A stretch of 59,651 nucleotides of DNA, the filler included, from Sphacelaria rigidula (lineage: Eukaryota): NCBI GenBank assembly GCA_964200075.2. It is 3 parts of 3 records of this genome, joined end to end, with 100 filler letters (N's around TTAATTAATTAA, not from the genome) between each part and the next. Parts side by side here need not be neighbours in the genome. Positions count along the whole stretch, not along the records: positions 1 to 19,821 come from CAXNAA020000607.1; 2 more parts are not named here. One strand, given 5' to 3'. The notes below the pieces were generated by a model. The model did not search any database. It was not told the origin of the DNA and saw only the letters and a program-made list of their open reading frames with translations. The position numbers and the translations under genes are program-made. Shown here one piece after another: positions 1 to 13,700 of the stretch. The stretch's first letter is position 1; each line of letters opens with the position of its first letter.

Positions 1-672
1 CGTCCCGGCTTTGTAGGGATGCGAGGTCAATGGTCTTATGACTGTGGCATGCATGATCATGAGTACACCCCCCCACGTCATTGGTGTGCTGGTCCGGCGA
101 AAACCCGGCGTGCTCCGTCCCAGCTTTGTAGGAATGGAACCCGTACGAGGTTGGCGTCGCTTGGCAATGACGCTGTGAAACACGCCATTCACTGCCTAAG
201 CTAGGCTACCAGGTTACCGATTTCGTTTTGCGCGCACTTGCGCTTTTTTGCGGTAACCATGATGGTGGTCGAGCTAGATTATACTGTGCGAGGTGGAAGA
301 ACCTCAATTTCGCGCAAAGGGGATGGTCATAAAAGTAGTTTTCAAATGTTGAGACACCCATGAGGCAGTGTGTAAGCCATGGCTTTCTTTGGAAGTGACG
401 ATACCAGAAATGAAGCAACTCATTGGAGGCTGTCATCCGAATGCATGATGGTCAGGACGCTTCAAACCGAACAATCTTACCAGAATGCAGCTCGCCCTTC
501 ATGCGACTCGCCGAATACATCTCGGCGCTTCGCGCTTGGTGATTGATTACGAGACTGGTCCGGCGAAAACCCGGCATGCTCCGTCCCGACTTTGTAGGGG
601 TGCGAGGTCAATGGTCTTATGACTATGGCATGCAACATCATGAGAACCCCCCCTCCCCCTCCCCCTCTCCCC
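1..672 (+). repeat. Three partial direct copies of a related LINE-like 3' end with C-rich tails
   Basis: 1-74 is nearly identical to 582-650, and 88-136 to 555-601. The core ggatgcgaggtcaatggtc..atgagtac resembles the LINE end at 17700-17757. Confidence 0.6.
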
Positions 673-2160
673 TGTGATATCAGTTGGAATATTTTGATTT
701 AGACCACCGGGGCGCGGCGGCAGTGTACGAAGGAACTAAATGTGGGCATTTTGGCCATCTTCCTTCCCCTTTTGTTCCCTTGAAACGATACGCGACACCC
801 AATACACGATACAGAGCCAGATTCGGGCTTTGAACTCCTGTCAATGCCCCCGAACGTGAACTTCAGCGAGGGTCTCACACCTGACAAGGTTACTCAAGGC
901 CCGCCGCGCTGGGCAGGACAAGTGCATCCTTCCTGCGGCATCAGCTCTAGTCATGGCACGAATGAGATTCACGTGTCCGATAGTGAGAATAAGGGCGAGG
1001 GAAAAAATACACTGGTCTCCCCTCGGACGGGAGAGGCACAGACAACGGCACGCAGAAGCAAAGTGCCAGACCCCGAGCCGCAGAGGATGCAGGTGCAGTA
1101 CAGTATTACAGTACATACCTCTGTGTGTTCGGTTGATGGGTTGATTGATTCATTACCGCACATTAAGAACCCGAGGGGCGTATTTAACCTCGAGATGGAC
1201 GTACCGTTTTACCCGATGTACACAAAACGGAAGGAAGTACTTGTTGAAGGAGACTCGTTCAACGGGAAGTATAAAGCAAGTGCAGAGTAATATGTAAACA
1301 AACACATGAAAACAAAGTAAGGAACTTGAAGTACAAGTGGACAACAAGGGAAGGTGCCAGTGTATGATTCCTTGTCTTTTGGCGAAGTGACGTGACGTTT
1401 TGGTCGCGGTGTTGAATCGAGGAAGTAGCTTACTGCCTTGACGATCCGATTATACTGTGAGTCATTTCACGATACAATTCACAATACCACGCCATGGTAC
1501 CCATGTGTTCATATTCATCGCATGTGTTGTTTGATCCAAAGTCATGTATGTCCTGTCAACCTTCAACCCTGTCTGCCGACGTCCCTCAGTCCATCCCTCG
1601 ATCCCAAGTGTGGACATGAAGCCCTTGGCTCTTCCTTTGAATTTCCTTGTGGCACACGCAATTGGACCCACGTGCTCAAGCCGTTGTAAACACCGCCGGT
1701 TTGCGCGAGACGGGCTGATTGTGTTCCTTGTAGCTACACAATATTTAGTAACCCAAGATTGCAGATGGCAAATACTGCTGTCGGCCGCCATCACGATATG
1801 GCCATGATACATGCTACAGTTCAGTAGCTTTGACCGTGCGAGGTGGTCGACGTTCAGTGGAAACGATCCAACATTTGCCTTGCGGGTATGTCGCTTGCAG
1901 TCACGACCGCTATGAATGGGGAATGCGGTATGCGATATCACTGAACCCTTGCAGCCACCACCGCTTGTCTTGGTGCGTGTTATACCCCACCCGTGGCTCC
2001 CGTTTTGCACTCATCGCTGCATCTCTCATATGGCTGCAAACTATAAGTATGGTGTTTCTTTTCCACCATCGTTTTCTGTTGCCCCTGTCGTGGTTAGGCC
2101 CCGAAAGCACGGCCTGGGGAAGGAGGCAGTACAATCAACTTCAGCACGCTGTTCGCCGAC

Positions 2161-2694
2161 TTGGACAGTGAGCTTGACAGCAGCTCCAGTGACGAAGAAG
2201 AAGGCAGTCAGCACCAACTGGAGGACGCTAACGAGAACACAAAGGGTTACTCTGCTGCCGACCATTCCTTCGCAGGGTGGGTGGGGATCCGGAATGCCTG
2301 CTTCATGTATTTGATTTTTTCGAGAAAAAAGTGGAAGAATAGCATCATTCGGCGCACCTCTGGGCAGCACCAGACTTACCAAATCATGTACACATATCAC
2401 GGTTCTGCCATTGGACACCGATCCGTGGGGTGAAGCGTCGGGTCTTTCCTCTCAGAACGTTTGCGTGCGGTCGACAACAGACTGGCTAAAGACGATTGGC
2501 GTTGGAAACTACTCATCAGGACTTCGTCTACAACCTGCAACACCAAAGTATGCACGGTCCCGACAATAAGTACATGGAAGATGACGCTAGAGAGCAAGAA
2601 AAAAACAAGAAGAAAAACAGCTCTTGATTACTATGCCACTGGGCACTCCTACAAAGTCATCACGATTGTTTTTTCGGAATTCAAGATCATTTGA
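2161..2694 (+). mobile_element. Possible decayed PIF/Harbinger transposase N-terminal remnant
   Basis: An acidic start (MDSELDSSSSDEEE) and TALDYYATGHSYKVITIVF resemble the Harbinger L.yLatG.sy...F motif. The frame is interrupted by a stop, and no catalytic motif follows. Confidence 0.3.
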
Positions 2695-4328
2695 TGGATG
2701 ACACGCATGCATAGGGCATGGTCATATCGGAGCAATGTTGTACAAGTATCTGCGAGCGACGTCACCCGTCGCGTCAACGTTAGACAAAAGTCATAATGCC
2801 GCCCTCCCCCGGTAATAAGGTTGGTACTGGTTCTGGTACGGTACGGTGCGGTGCGGTACAGTACAGTGCGGTACAGCAATGGTACACCAAGTGGAAGCTA
2901 GGGCGATATGTTGCGAGGTTCAATTTCGACAGATGTGGTCTTTTTGAGCAGGATGTATCTGGTCACCGCCGTCAGCGTTGACGTTGAAAACATAAGAACA
3001 CGACTATAATAGCAAAACAAATCGAGAGTGGAAGCGGTGCGGGAGCGTGGACGCAATCCGCAAGACCACAACGTGAGGCAGGTGAATTCCCGGGAGAGAA
3101 ATGAGGAGAAATGAGGTGGTTGATGCCTTGAGACCAAGGGTAAGTGGCCAGGAAGGGGGGGGGGGGTTCAAAAGTGAGACGAAGTACACACCCAATCCCG
3201 GTGCTGGCGGGAACCAGTGATTGTCGAACTAACACCCGCTCGATCCTTTTTCAAAATCGATTTTTTTCTAAAGCTCCTGACTGCGGTTGGGAGTGATTTG
3301 AAACACAGTGGCAAGATTTGAAACACGAATACTGTAGTAAGCCGAGCGAACGCAGTGGATTTGGCTTAGATGGAGGACGCAAACGAGATGAGAGGTTGCA
3401 GTACTCCTATTTCTCGATATTCGTGCCCAGGGTGTTCACACGACTGTATGTGTTTGGTAAACTGCAGTACTACGGAAATTTTATTGGGACGACTTATCGT
3501 CATAAGTAGTAGGAGTAACACTGGCAATTGGGTAAGCAATCATTGATGATTTTTGCCAGGTATTGTAGAGATACCAAGCGTCGTGCCGTCGCGTAACCCT
3601 CTGGTTTCCCGCTGAACTGGTGGTGGACCATGATGACTTTATGTGAAACAACCCACCAACCAATCAGTATAGAGAGTGGGACGACGTCCTCCCCAAGCAC
3701 CCTTTCATTCGGGCGAATCGTACACATTCTGACGGTGCGAGACTTGCAAACTCTACCCCAGTTGAGTCAGTAGTTCAAATGGTTCTATGTAGCTATTCAT
3801 TCCAAACTACTTAGCTGACCTACTTTCGGTGGGAAGCCCGTAGGGTTTTTATTTGAAATTTTATGGCAGACAATTCAGACGTGATCTGATTTGCTCCCCA
3901 AGATACCAGCATACGTTTTCACTTTATTCTAACTCTTGGGCGTTGTAGACTGACTGCGTACGCACTCTTTATTTTTGCATTCATAATGATGGTCTGGTGT
4001 AATGACATGTGTCGAATTGAGCAATTTTGATGTCATCGTCCAACTCTCGACAAGAAGATGAACACCATACCGTACTGAATCATAGTATTCAGCAGGTAGC
4101 TCATGTTTTGTGTACTGTACTGTGAAGTTCCATGGTACTGTAATACATGCCACTCGCGAGAAGTCACCTCTTGTATTAATACGTAGTCGAAACAATCAAT
4201 TGGATACTGAATCACTATCGACGGATGAACATTTGTAGGGGTTGAATTATCGGGTGTTTGTCTCAGGACCCTTTTGTTTTGGAGAGAACTGTAGATGAGC
4301 AAGGAAATTGACTGCATCCTTGAAACAG

Positions 4329-4494
4329 GCAACCACCTGAGGAGAGACTTTCATCGGAACTTGAGGCACTCACGACGGTTGACACGGAGACAGCTGCGGG
4401 TGGGGGGGGGCAGGAGGCACCGCTGGACTCCCTTCTGGCAACTGCATCGACAGTACCACCGCTCGGCGCTGGTGGGCGCTCAAACGCACAGCAG
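4329..4494 (+). CDS. Candidate upstream exon of the SKI2 gene (low-complexity N-terminal region)
   Basis: aacag| acceptor and CAG|gttaga donor enclose an open frame QPPEERLSSELEALTT...APLDSLLATAS...NAQQ. It ends in phase 0, compatible with the exon at 7712. It has no diagnostic motif. Confidence 0.3.
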
Positions 4495-5849
4495 GTTAGA
4501 GGTGTTGGAATCGGGTACTATGCATTTAGTGAAAACTATCACCGCTATTATTTTTGACGTTGGTTGTGATGGTGATGGCAATGACATGTAACACGGAGGC
4601 CTAATGTACGGTGCGGAAGCGCCTTGATGATCTGAGGAAAACTTGAAATAATCCGTATCATTTTTCCTCTAATGCGATATTCCCTCGTGCCCAACTCGGA
4701 GGGGAAGACCTGCTCTGACTATTACTATTAATAGCTTCGAAATCCATTATCTGCACATTAGAAAGGCAATTTTGAGGCGCGGTGTCTCTCTACAGGGGGC
4801 ATGCAGTGCATCGCAGCTTTTCACGAACACCTTTTCAAGCTCGAGAGTCTGGTTCACGGCGAGGAAGTTTTGAGAAAATGTCATTTTACACTTGTCCCAG
4901 TAAGTAATATTCTGGCCCCCGTTCGAACCTGCTCCGCGAGAACAACCAGCAGGTCATGCCGTCGCCAGAAGCAGATCCACGTCGACACGGAGTGCGAATT
5001 AGCTGTTCAAAACTCGCAGCGGTTACCAAGGAAGCCTACCTCAGAAGGGGCAGCTTTGCTCAGGGTACATTGAGAATTGGGTTGGGTTTAGAATCGGCTG
5101 AGATGTGCTGTTCTAAAGCTGAACTGACCTACTGGCGGTTGTTGACGTGTGGAAAAGGTGCAAAGTAGGGGCCCGAAAGATACCGCTTTTGTGATGAGTT
5201 TCGTCCAGCAAACAGAGCGCACACGTTAGTAGTGAGTGCATGCAGCGACACAAATGCGCCCCCAGAACTAACTACAATATGAAACACTATTGTGAAACAT
5301 CGCAGTTGTTGTGATGTACGGTGTATGAGTGTATGTACCCTATATATACGATCAGACGGGAGGGAGATTTCGAACGGGCCGCAACGGCAAGTGGGTGTCC
5401 GCCATTCTTCGAACCACAGCGCTAGCTAGCCCTTTGAAGGTGCTCCCAGGTCCTGACCGCCGATGCCGGCATTCCACCTCCGCAGGTGCCACTGTGCTAT
5501 CACGAGTTGTACCTGTCTCCTACAGGGTCGTGTAGGGGGGGGAATGATTTGTCCATGAGAGGACGATGATGACAAAACGTTTTGCTACACACAATACACA
5601 CACAGTTATGCCCGTGAGTGAAGGCCTTACCGACTAAAAATCCGTTGCCCACAAAAAAATGAGTGCGGGCGGATATTGAAGACGTATTGAAGACGTCATA
5701 GACTGATCGGGCCTCTGCTGAACCTCTGCCGAACATAAAACACGCTCCATCCTAAGTTACCTAGGTTTAGTATGCGACAGCTGTAAATTTTTCATCGCTT
5801 CAGGCTGGGCCACCGAAGATTCGAACAGGAATGTTGACACGCGAGTCTT

Positions 5850-6470
5850 GAGCTCAATTTTGGATCGTTTTCGATGCAATTTCGACACGATGTACAGAGC
5901 GTACATGCAAAGACGCCGAACCCTTCCCCCCCCCCCCCCGGGTTTTTTCCTTTTTCTCCGTGAGTTATTGGCGATTTAGTTCCGAAAAACTGCTCTGAAA
6001 TGTTCCGTCGCTGATAACTCACGAAGAAGGGAAAAAAACATAGGGGGGATTTTCGGGGTCTTTGCGTGTACGTCCTGTATATCGTGTCAATATTTTATCG
6101 AAACCGATTCAAAATTGAGCGAAGAATACGCGTCATTCCGTCGACAACCGGTTACTTTAGTATATGGAGGTGGACCAGTTACGAATGATTCAAACGCATT
6201 TATGCTGTTCGATTTCGAGCTGTTTTCGATGAAATTTTGATGCGATGTACAGGACTTATGTGTGAATACCGAACCTTTCCTCCTAATTTGTTTTTCTTCT
6301 TTCGTGAGTTGTTGGCAATTATGTTCCGGAAAACTGTTCTGAAATATTCCGTCGCCAATAACTCACAGAGAAAAAAAACACATACACACACCGGAGGAAC
6401 GAAGGGTGTTTGCACATACGTCCTGTACATTATGTATGAAATTCATCGAAAACGACTGAATATTGAGCTC
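5850..6470. repeat. Two tandem diverged copies of one palindromic MITE (~5850-6120 and ~6215-6470)
   Basis: Each copy has gttttcgatg..cgatgtacag..cgtgagtt...aactcac..tacgtcctgta..atcgaaa..attgagc with internal dyad symmetry. Confidence 0.7.
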
Positions 6471-7711
6471 GGGAATTGTGCTACAGCTTGTGCGACACCA
6501 CGCGGTACAAAACTGACTGTAATCAAAAATACGATCTCAGCCGATTCCTTTTGGCTAATTCCGCCGCATATAGTACCCTCAACTCTATACACTTTCGCAC
6601 TTAACAGTTTGGTATTTCGTTTGATGAGACCTTGTCGGACCGCAGTGCTACATGGATTTGAAGGCGCGCGCTGATTTGTCGATTACCACGATGTTTCATA
6701 GTAGGCACAACCCGCGATACATCGTCAGTTAGAACGGGCTGAGGGAAAGTGAGCCTCTTGGGCGGCCCAGCCTGTACCATCTCGAGACAGGAAGCAAACC
6801 GGCGTCTGGAATTTCACAGCCCCCCGCGCACACACTAGACGCAGTGAGTTTGTCGGCGGATTTGCTCAACTCGCCACTGCGTTCTTTAGTACATTTTGTG
6901 TTTGGTGCAGCGGTTTGCGAAGTGCTGCGTCCTCCGCGGCACACGGACGGAAACCTCTTGCCAAATTCACTACTTCTAGTTTGTGGGAAGTGCACGCATC
7001 AAACCGCAGTCCAATCCTCTGCGTCGTTGCCGAGAAAGTAGCGCTGAAAGATGAGCACGACAACATACTGCAACAAGAAGGGCACAACAACTACACGAGC
7101 AGCAGGTTCTATCCTCCTGTTGTTATACTCCTGTGTACAGGTGTACAGCAACGCCAGTCACAGGTGTGTTGTAGAATGTACTAAAGCAATAGTACACTTT
7201 GTTTGAGCGCCGTCGTAATTCCGAGTGATGCGTGTACTTATGATTGATACTGATTGGCTCATTTCTTCTGCATTCAATTGACTGTGGAGTTGGTCGGTCC
7301 ATTTTTCCTGGTATATGGTGCTCAAAATCGGGCCCCATGCACGGGCATTACGGTACAGTATTAGCACTTGTCTTGTGTTTCTCCGCTGTTGTGTACGATG
7401 CTGTGGTGGCTGTTTTCCAAGCGAGGAAAAGGTGTCAAAGAGTCGATAGTGAAGGGAAAAAAACATGAAACATGTATTTGCTTCCTGAAACTTGCGTTCT
7501 CTCCCCTCCTCGTATTGCCCATGCACCCCACCACCACACATGAGGTCTATCAAACAGCCTGTGGTAAGCGATGGTTTGGGCATGACTTGCGCGTTCAGTA
7601 TTATTATCCGTAAGTACTTCCCCATGGGTTTTCATCTCTGAGCGCCCGTTGTAGCACTGATCCTTGCCGCGCACCCCGCCGCCATCTACCAACCTTTGTG
7701 CCACAAAACAG

Positions 7712-10700
7712 TCGATGACGAAGCATCTACTCAAGACCCCACACGAGCGCAAGCAGCCATCCATATCCACAGGGTTCGCGGGCAGGCAAGTGTCTTCGGG
7801 CAACTCCTTATTGGGGAGAGCGAGCAGCTCGGCAAGGGCAGCCGCGTCAACCAAAGATAAGGGAGGCGGTGCGGTGAAGTGGGCCGTTACGGAGTTGCTG
7901 GATGTTTCGGACTTCGATGCACTCGTGCCACGCCCGGCGCATCGGTTTCCCTTCACTCTGGACGGTTTTCAAAAGCAGGCGGTGGCGAGATTAGAGGTGA
8001 AAAGAAACGAAATAATTAATCAAAAGCTTTCCGAAGGTTGCGTGGTTGTTCCCTGCGGAGATGAAAGGATGTTAGCAGCGGGTGTAATTTGTAAAACCCG
8101 GATGCTCGGTAAGTGTTGCAGGTTAACCGTTAGCTGGAGTTCGTGACTTGATCCATTGCACAACACATATTTCTGTTGGGGATAAATGATATGGTCATGC
8201 CATAATAATAGGCGCTCCACTGATTTTGCAATTATTTGTGTTTCATCAGAGAGTGATGTCGTATCCATCCTCTGATGTCGTTGAGGACATGATGGGTGTC
8301 TTTCGTGTCTGCCTTGTTCCCTTGATTCCAAGGTGCTTTGTGCTTGCATTTCTGGCTGCATTTCTCGCCATGCCATGGTCGTCGGAAGCAGGGCACACAA
8401 GTACCTTTTAATTGACGGCTTCATGGAGATACTTTCGTCGTCGACGGCTTGGTGCATGTCTTGACTGCGTCATGTCTTCCGTCAGCGCGACGTGCCCGAC
8501 CTTCGAAGAGATTATCCTACGTACCATACACCACACGCGTACCCAGGGACAAGGTATTCGATTCTCCTGTGGACGTTCCATGGATATCTAGGCTGCTCCC
8601 TCCGTCTATCACAGGTCGTCCATTTCCATCTGTATTTATGGACATCTATTTTCCACCCCTCACTCATCTCCATCTTACTCCCTGCCTCGCAATCTCTTGC
8701 CTGTATGTGTATGTGTGTTTTTGTTCCCTTGTCCATGCGTTCTTCATCAAATTTGTTCCAGCGTGCGGAGTGCGTGTTTGTGTCAGCGCACACCTCTGCC
8801 GGCAAGACCGTGGTAGCGGAATACGCTATAGCTATGGCTGCGCAGCACATGACCCGTGCCATCTACACCAGCCCCATCAAGGCTCTGTCCAACCAAAAGT
8901 TCAGGGATTTCAAGGTACGTATTAGAACGAAAAATGGTAATTAATCATGCCGGTAAAAATTGACGGGCTGCGGAATTGCTTACCCAAGCTCATACCCCTA
9001 TGCCCAAACCCCTATGCCCAAACCCCAAACCTCGATAGAAAATGTGCAAGGTATGAACCGAGGGAGATACGGCTTCATTGATCCCTAGTAGTAGAAGTAG
9101 TAGTAGTAGTAGTAGTTTGAGGACACGTGGCGACGCGCGGACAAACGAGAATCAGACCGCCGCCGCAAACGAGAGGCTGCTGCGTCGAGGGTTGCCAATT
9201 AAAGAATCCTGTCTACTCATATCGGTTGTTGATCGTGTCCTGTCCTTAGTCGGTGGCTCTACGGTGCCCACTGGTGTGTGTCTGTATCTACTCTGCTGCC
9301 CTGAATCCCTTGGGTTTTTCCTCTCTTTTTTCCCCCTCTTATTTTTTTTTTTATATATTCAAGTTATGTTATTTATTGCTCTTTTCTTTCCTCTTATTCT
9401 TGATTTTTTTTGTCTTAGATCGGTCATTTCTTCCTGTGCTTTGCTTTGATTATTTTTTATTTCTTATTTTTTACGTCTTTGTCTCCCTTGTCGTTCTGTT
9501 CAACTTTTTTCTGCTCCTTCTTTTTCTCCAGCGAGTGTTTCAGTTTTTGTTTTATCTTGGGTACGTCTATCATGTGACCACGGCTGGATCATGACCCCTG
9601 GGGGAGTCAGTTAAAGTGTGATAACCAATAAAAAATCAATCAAATAGGTATTACTATATTTATTTACCATTATTACTACTTTATTATTATTATCATTATT
9701 ACATACTTATTATTACGATATTATTGCCATTATTATTTCCGCACATTAGCCCGATCTCTCGAACCCGTGGTCCCTAGAAGACTACGGCTTCATGCCGGGT
9801 TAAAAAAGAGGGTGAAATTCCGACGAATAATTAATACAGTAAAACCAGTGCCCTCGCCTGAAATGCCATGTACCGCGCGTGGCCTCTTGTCTGATGAGTC
9901 GCTGTAGACTAGTTTTTGAGGTTGGTTGGTGGTTTTTCGATTTTTGGTCATTTGGTGGGAATTCATGGCAACTGAAGAGCGGAAGGTATTTCGTTCGAAG
10001 GGGTGGATACGGATTTTCGCGTGAGCTACCATAGTGGAAAATGACGGCGATTCAGCAAGACGACAAGAGGATGAAGATCTTCCACCAATGACGCGTAGAG
10101 TTCAAGCTGTGTATGGTACCTACCTGACTTGCAATATCTCATGTGCTGCAAAATATGGGACACCTACCTGCCAGCACCGTGTGCATACGCTTCACGAATG
10201 ACTTAGGAGTAGTGTACAACACTGTACCGTAGTGCCTTGTTTCGTACCACAATATCAAAATATCGATATGCTGCAATATGCTACATACTGGTCACGTCTA
10301 TGGCGCATCACTGCGTGCTGTGCTGTACGACATGGTGGACAGTATCGCGTTCGTGTACGATATATCGTACGATGTTATAGTTGAAGTTGGACTGAGTAGA
10401 GGCAGGAGTGCGCACGATTGGCACCTTCGCTGTTGTTGCATATCTTTTGTTCGTGTTTGTTCGTGTTTGTTCGACGGCCGAGAAGATGGTATTTGTTTTG
10501 CCTGTTTGTATCTTGTTTTTTTCCACTGTTATTGTTTGTTTTGTTTGTTTGGTTCCCTCTGGAGTGGCGAACCTTGCCTGTACTCGTGTCATTTTATTGT
10601 GTGATGAATATATTGTGGTCGAAGTGGGGGCTAGCGTTCACTCAACCAGCCTCGGCAAATGTAGATCGTAGCACAGTTCCCATGTCGTTCCTGAAAGTTG

Positions 10701-13700
10701 TTATGGTTAATATCCTTCCGGGACGTGCTTACATTCCACAAAATGTTCAGGACAGACCATCAGTTTCAAAATCCTCTATAGCCAGTCGTGACGTATTGAT
10801 TTTTACTGCTGCACAAGTGTTCTGATAGCTAAGATAGTTGCGAGATGCGTGCACCATTACGTACCGCCCTCCCAATATCTGCATGGCCCACACTTGCATC
10901 ACTTTTCGCTGCACGATCCGAGGGCTCTTCACGCATGGCAGGCACACGAATTTCGTGACGGCAACGTGCTACTTTTTGTACCTCAGCGCTCGTCGGGCCT
11001 TGCTTTGCCTTGCCTTGCCTTGCCTTGCCTTGCCTTGCTGGATGACATTCAGTACACGCACTTTGAAAGCTTGGAAACGGCCTTGGAAGGTCTGTCGTAC
11101 TACTGTAGCAAAACTAATTGTAGGTTGACTGACACTTTCTGCATGAGTCAGATCATACCATACTAAATACTATACTAATGTTTTTACAAAAATGACTTCT
11201 CCGTGATGCAATGCAGGTATCCAAAAATAATACCCCGGAGTAGTTAGTTGTCTGTACTGTAGTGCACGTGTCCAATCGAGGTAGCTCCTCTGTTGTAGCC
11301 TGCACAAATCACTCTGCGCGATTTTGTCGTTTATACTACTGTCCTACTTGTCTCCTTTACGGATTGCGTTTTTTTCTTGTATTCGTCCAGACTCGGTTCG
11401 GAGATGTCGGCCTCATCACGGGAGATGTGTCCATCAACCCCGAAGCGTCTTGCCTTATTATGACTACGGAGATCCTAAGGTCCATGCTCTACAGGGGAGC
11501 GGATCTAATTCGCGACATTGAGTGGGTGATATTTGACGAGGTTTGTCAGGCCTGCTGTGAGTCGTTGGCTGTCGTCGCTTACTACAGTACATGAGTGAAA
11601 GCGAATGTGAAGGTTCGACGAAAGTGAAGTGACCCCTGTAGTATTATACAGTACCCAGGTATAGTAGCACAGTACCCCCCCCAGGCGACAAAAAAAAACA
11701 CTTTCAGTTATCTCCACAATCCTGTTGTGTGTGGAGACCCTGCGATTCCGATGAAATCTACTTCGGTAGTATCTAGATCGAATCTTCATAACAAGTCTTG
11801 GTGGTGCGGCAAGATACAAATTCCGGGAAGTCGTAGAGTAGAGTACATAAAACACCCATCACGCGGGGTGATTACTCTGAAATGCTGATGACATCCTAAC
11901 AATTATTGGTACCTTGGTGACTCAGTGACAGCAGTAGCAGTAACAATTTGATTCGACGTCAGGATTAAAGCCTGGGGATCTTTAACCAAGACCTAACAGA
12001 CGTACTGCCAAATAGATAAAACACGGTAGGTACCTTTCCCGAAACGTGTAACTTGCGCAAAACTTGCAGGCCTTCTTCTTGTTATGCAGTACGATTGTTT
12101 GTTTTTTCACAAGAGAGTGTTTATACTCTCAAAATGGTACTGCTTTGGTGACATTGTCAACACACCGTGGGTGTACGTATGCATGTATGTAGGTATATAC
12201 CTGCGAAGACAGGAGGTGCATGAGATGTGTGCCACTGACTTGAATTCGCTGGAAAATGGGCTGTAGACTCGGCAGTCGAAGGGCTTGAACTCATTCAATC
12301 GACCTTATTGTTCTTGGACTAAGGTGGCTTTCGGAATTGTAATTTTCTCATGACTGACGGGAGGTTAGTTGCACGTTTCACAGCGAAGCGTGCTTCGGTC
12401 TGTTATTGCTGGATGTTGCTTCCAAGACTGTATTTGTTTGTTTCATCTTGAGCAATCATCATAATCATCGTACGTACCTTAGTTATCCCGCACAAAGGCA
12501 GGAAAAGAAAACAGTCGAGGGGTCAACTGTTGGAGGCTTTGACAATTCTCACCACTCAGCAGTCGTCTGGGAACGATGGTACCTACTGCCTGTTGCCTGT
12601 TACCCACTGGCTTTTGTAGTTACACTATATTGCAACTGTTGATGTTTTAGGTGCCCAAATCGCTGGTCCTCATGTCACTCACAGCTCGAAGGTCATCTTG
12701 AAGCGCCGCTTTCGATTTTTCTTGTTGGTTCTCAGGTGCACTATGTCAACGACTCTGAGAGGGGCGTGGTCTGGGAGGAGGTGATCATCATGCTGCCAGA
12801 CCACGCGAATATGATATTCCTGTCCGCCACTACTCCTAACACCGTAGAGTTCTGCGACTGGATAGGCCGCACCAAGAGGAAGCCTGTAAGTACTACACTA
12901 CTGTAATGTATTGTTAACAAAAATAGTTGGAATGGAAGCTGTTTGCATTTCGGAACGGCTCAAGTATGTGTATCGAGTAGGTTACGTCAATTTGGTAAGC
13001 ACAGACAAGATGTAGATCAACCAACGCAACAGAAACAGTGGGTATCGGGAACCCACCTGCTGAGGTGAAGCGCGCCGCAGGGTCATAGCTCGTTGTCTGC
13101 TACACTGCCATACTGTTACGAAAACAATGCTAAAGATGTAGAAAACGGAAACGCAAGACGAACGCTAACGCCTGACTGGCGAGTTTTTACGCCTAGCCGA
13201 ACCTGATCTAATATTCAGTATTGGGTGCTGGTAGGGTTGAAGATTGTTGAAGATTGGAGGTGGTCGTGCTCTGCACACCGGTGCATGGCTTCCAAGCGTT
13301 TTACGTACATGAAGGTTGTTGTTATCCTCGTGCTTACTTTTTTCGAGCGACCATATTATATTAGTATGTTCTTGCAGTTGAAGTGTAGAAGCGGATGTGA
13401 ACGCGTCATGGACGTAGCGCTATCCGCATGCCGTCGTCCTTACGTGGTTTACATATCAGCGTCCAGGCCCGGAGTTGCTTCATGTGCTTTTTGTTTTTTG
13501 AAAGGCCCATGGGCTTGATGCTTCAAAATATGTCAACAAGCGATTGTTTGGCGCTTTCGCCGCGAATGGTGTCATGTTGCTTTTCTTGAGCGGAATGAGT
13601 ACTGTATTTCATGAATGCATCAGCTGTCATGATCGATTGTGGTTGTGGTTGTGTTCCAAGGATGACAACCCACTTTTCGCGAAGGCGTGAGTAGTTCAAA

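Noticed and set aside
1462-2010. Long ORF or Harbinger catalytic motif (HGTH at ~1490)
   Set aside because: No recognisable domain, and the motif lies upstream of the putative N-terminal remnant, which is the wrong order.
9078-9594. Hydrophobic Phe/Leu-rich ORFs as membrane proteins
   Set aside because: They are translations of a T-rich low-complexity tract in a SKI2 intron.
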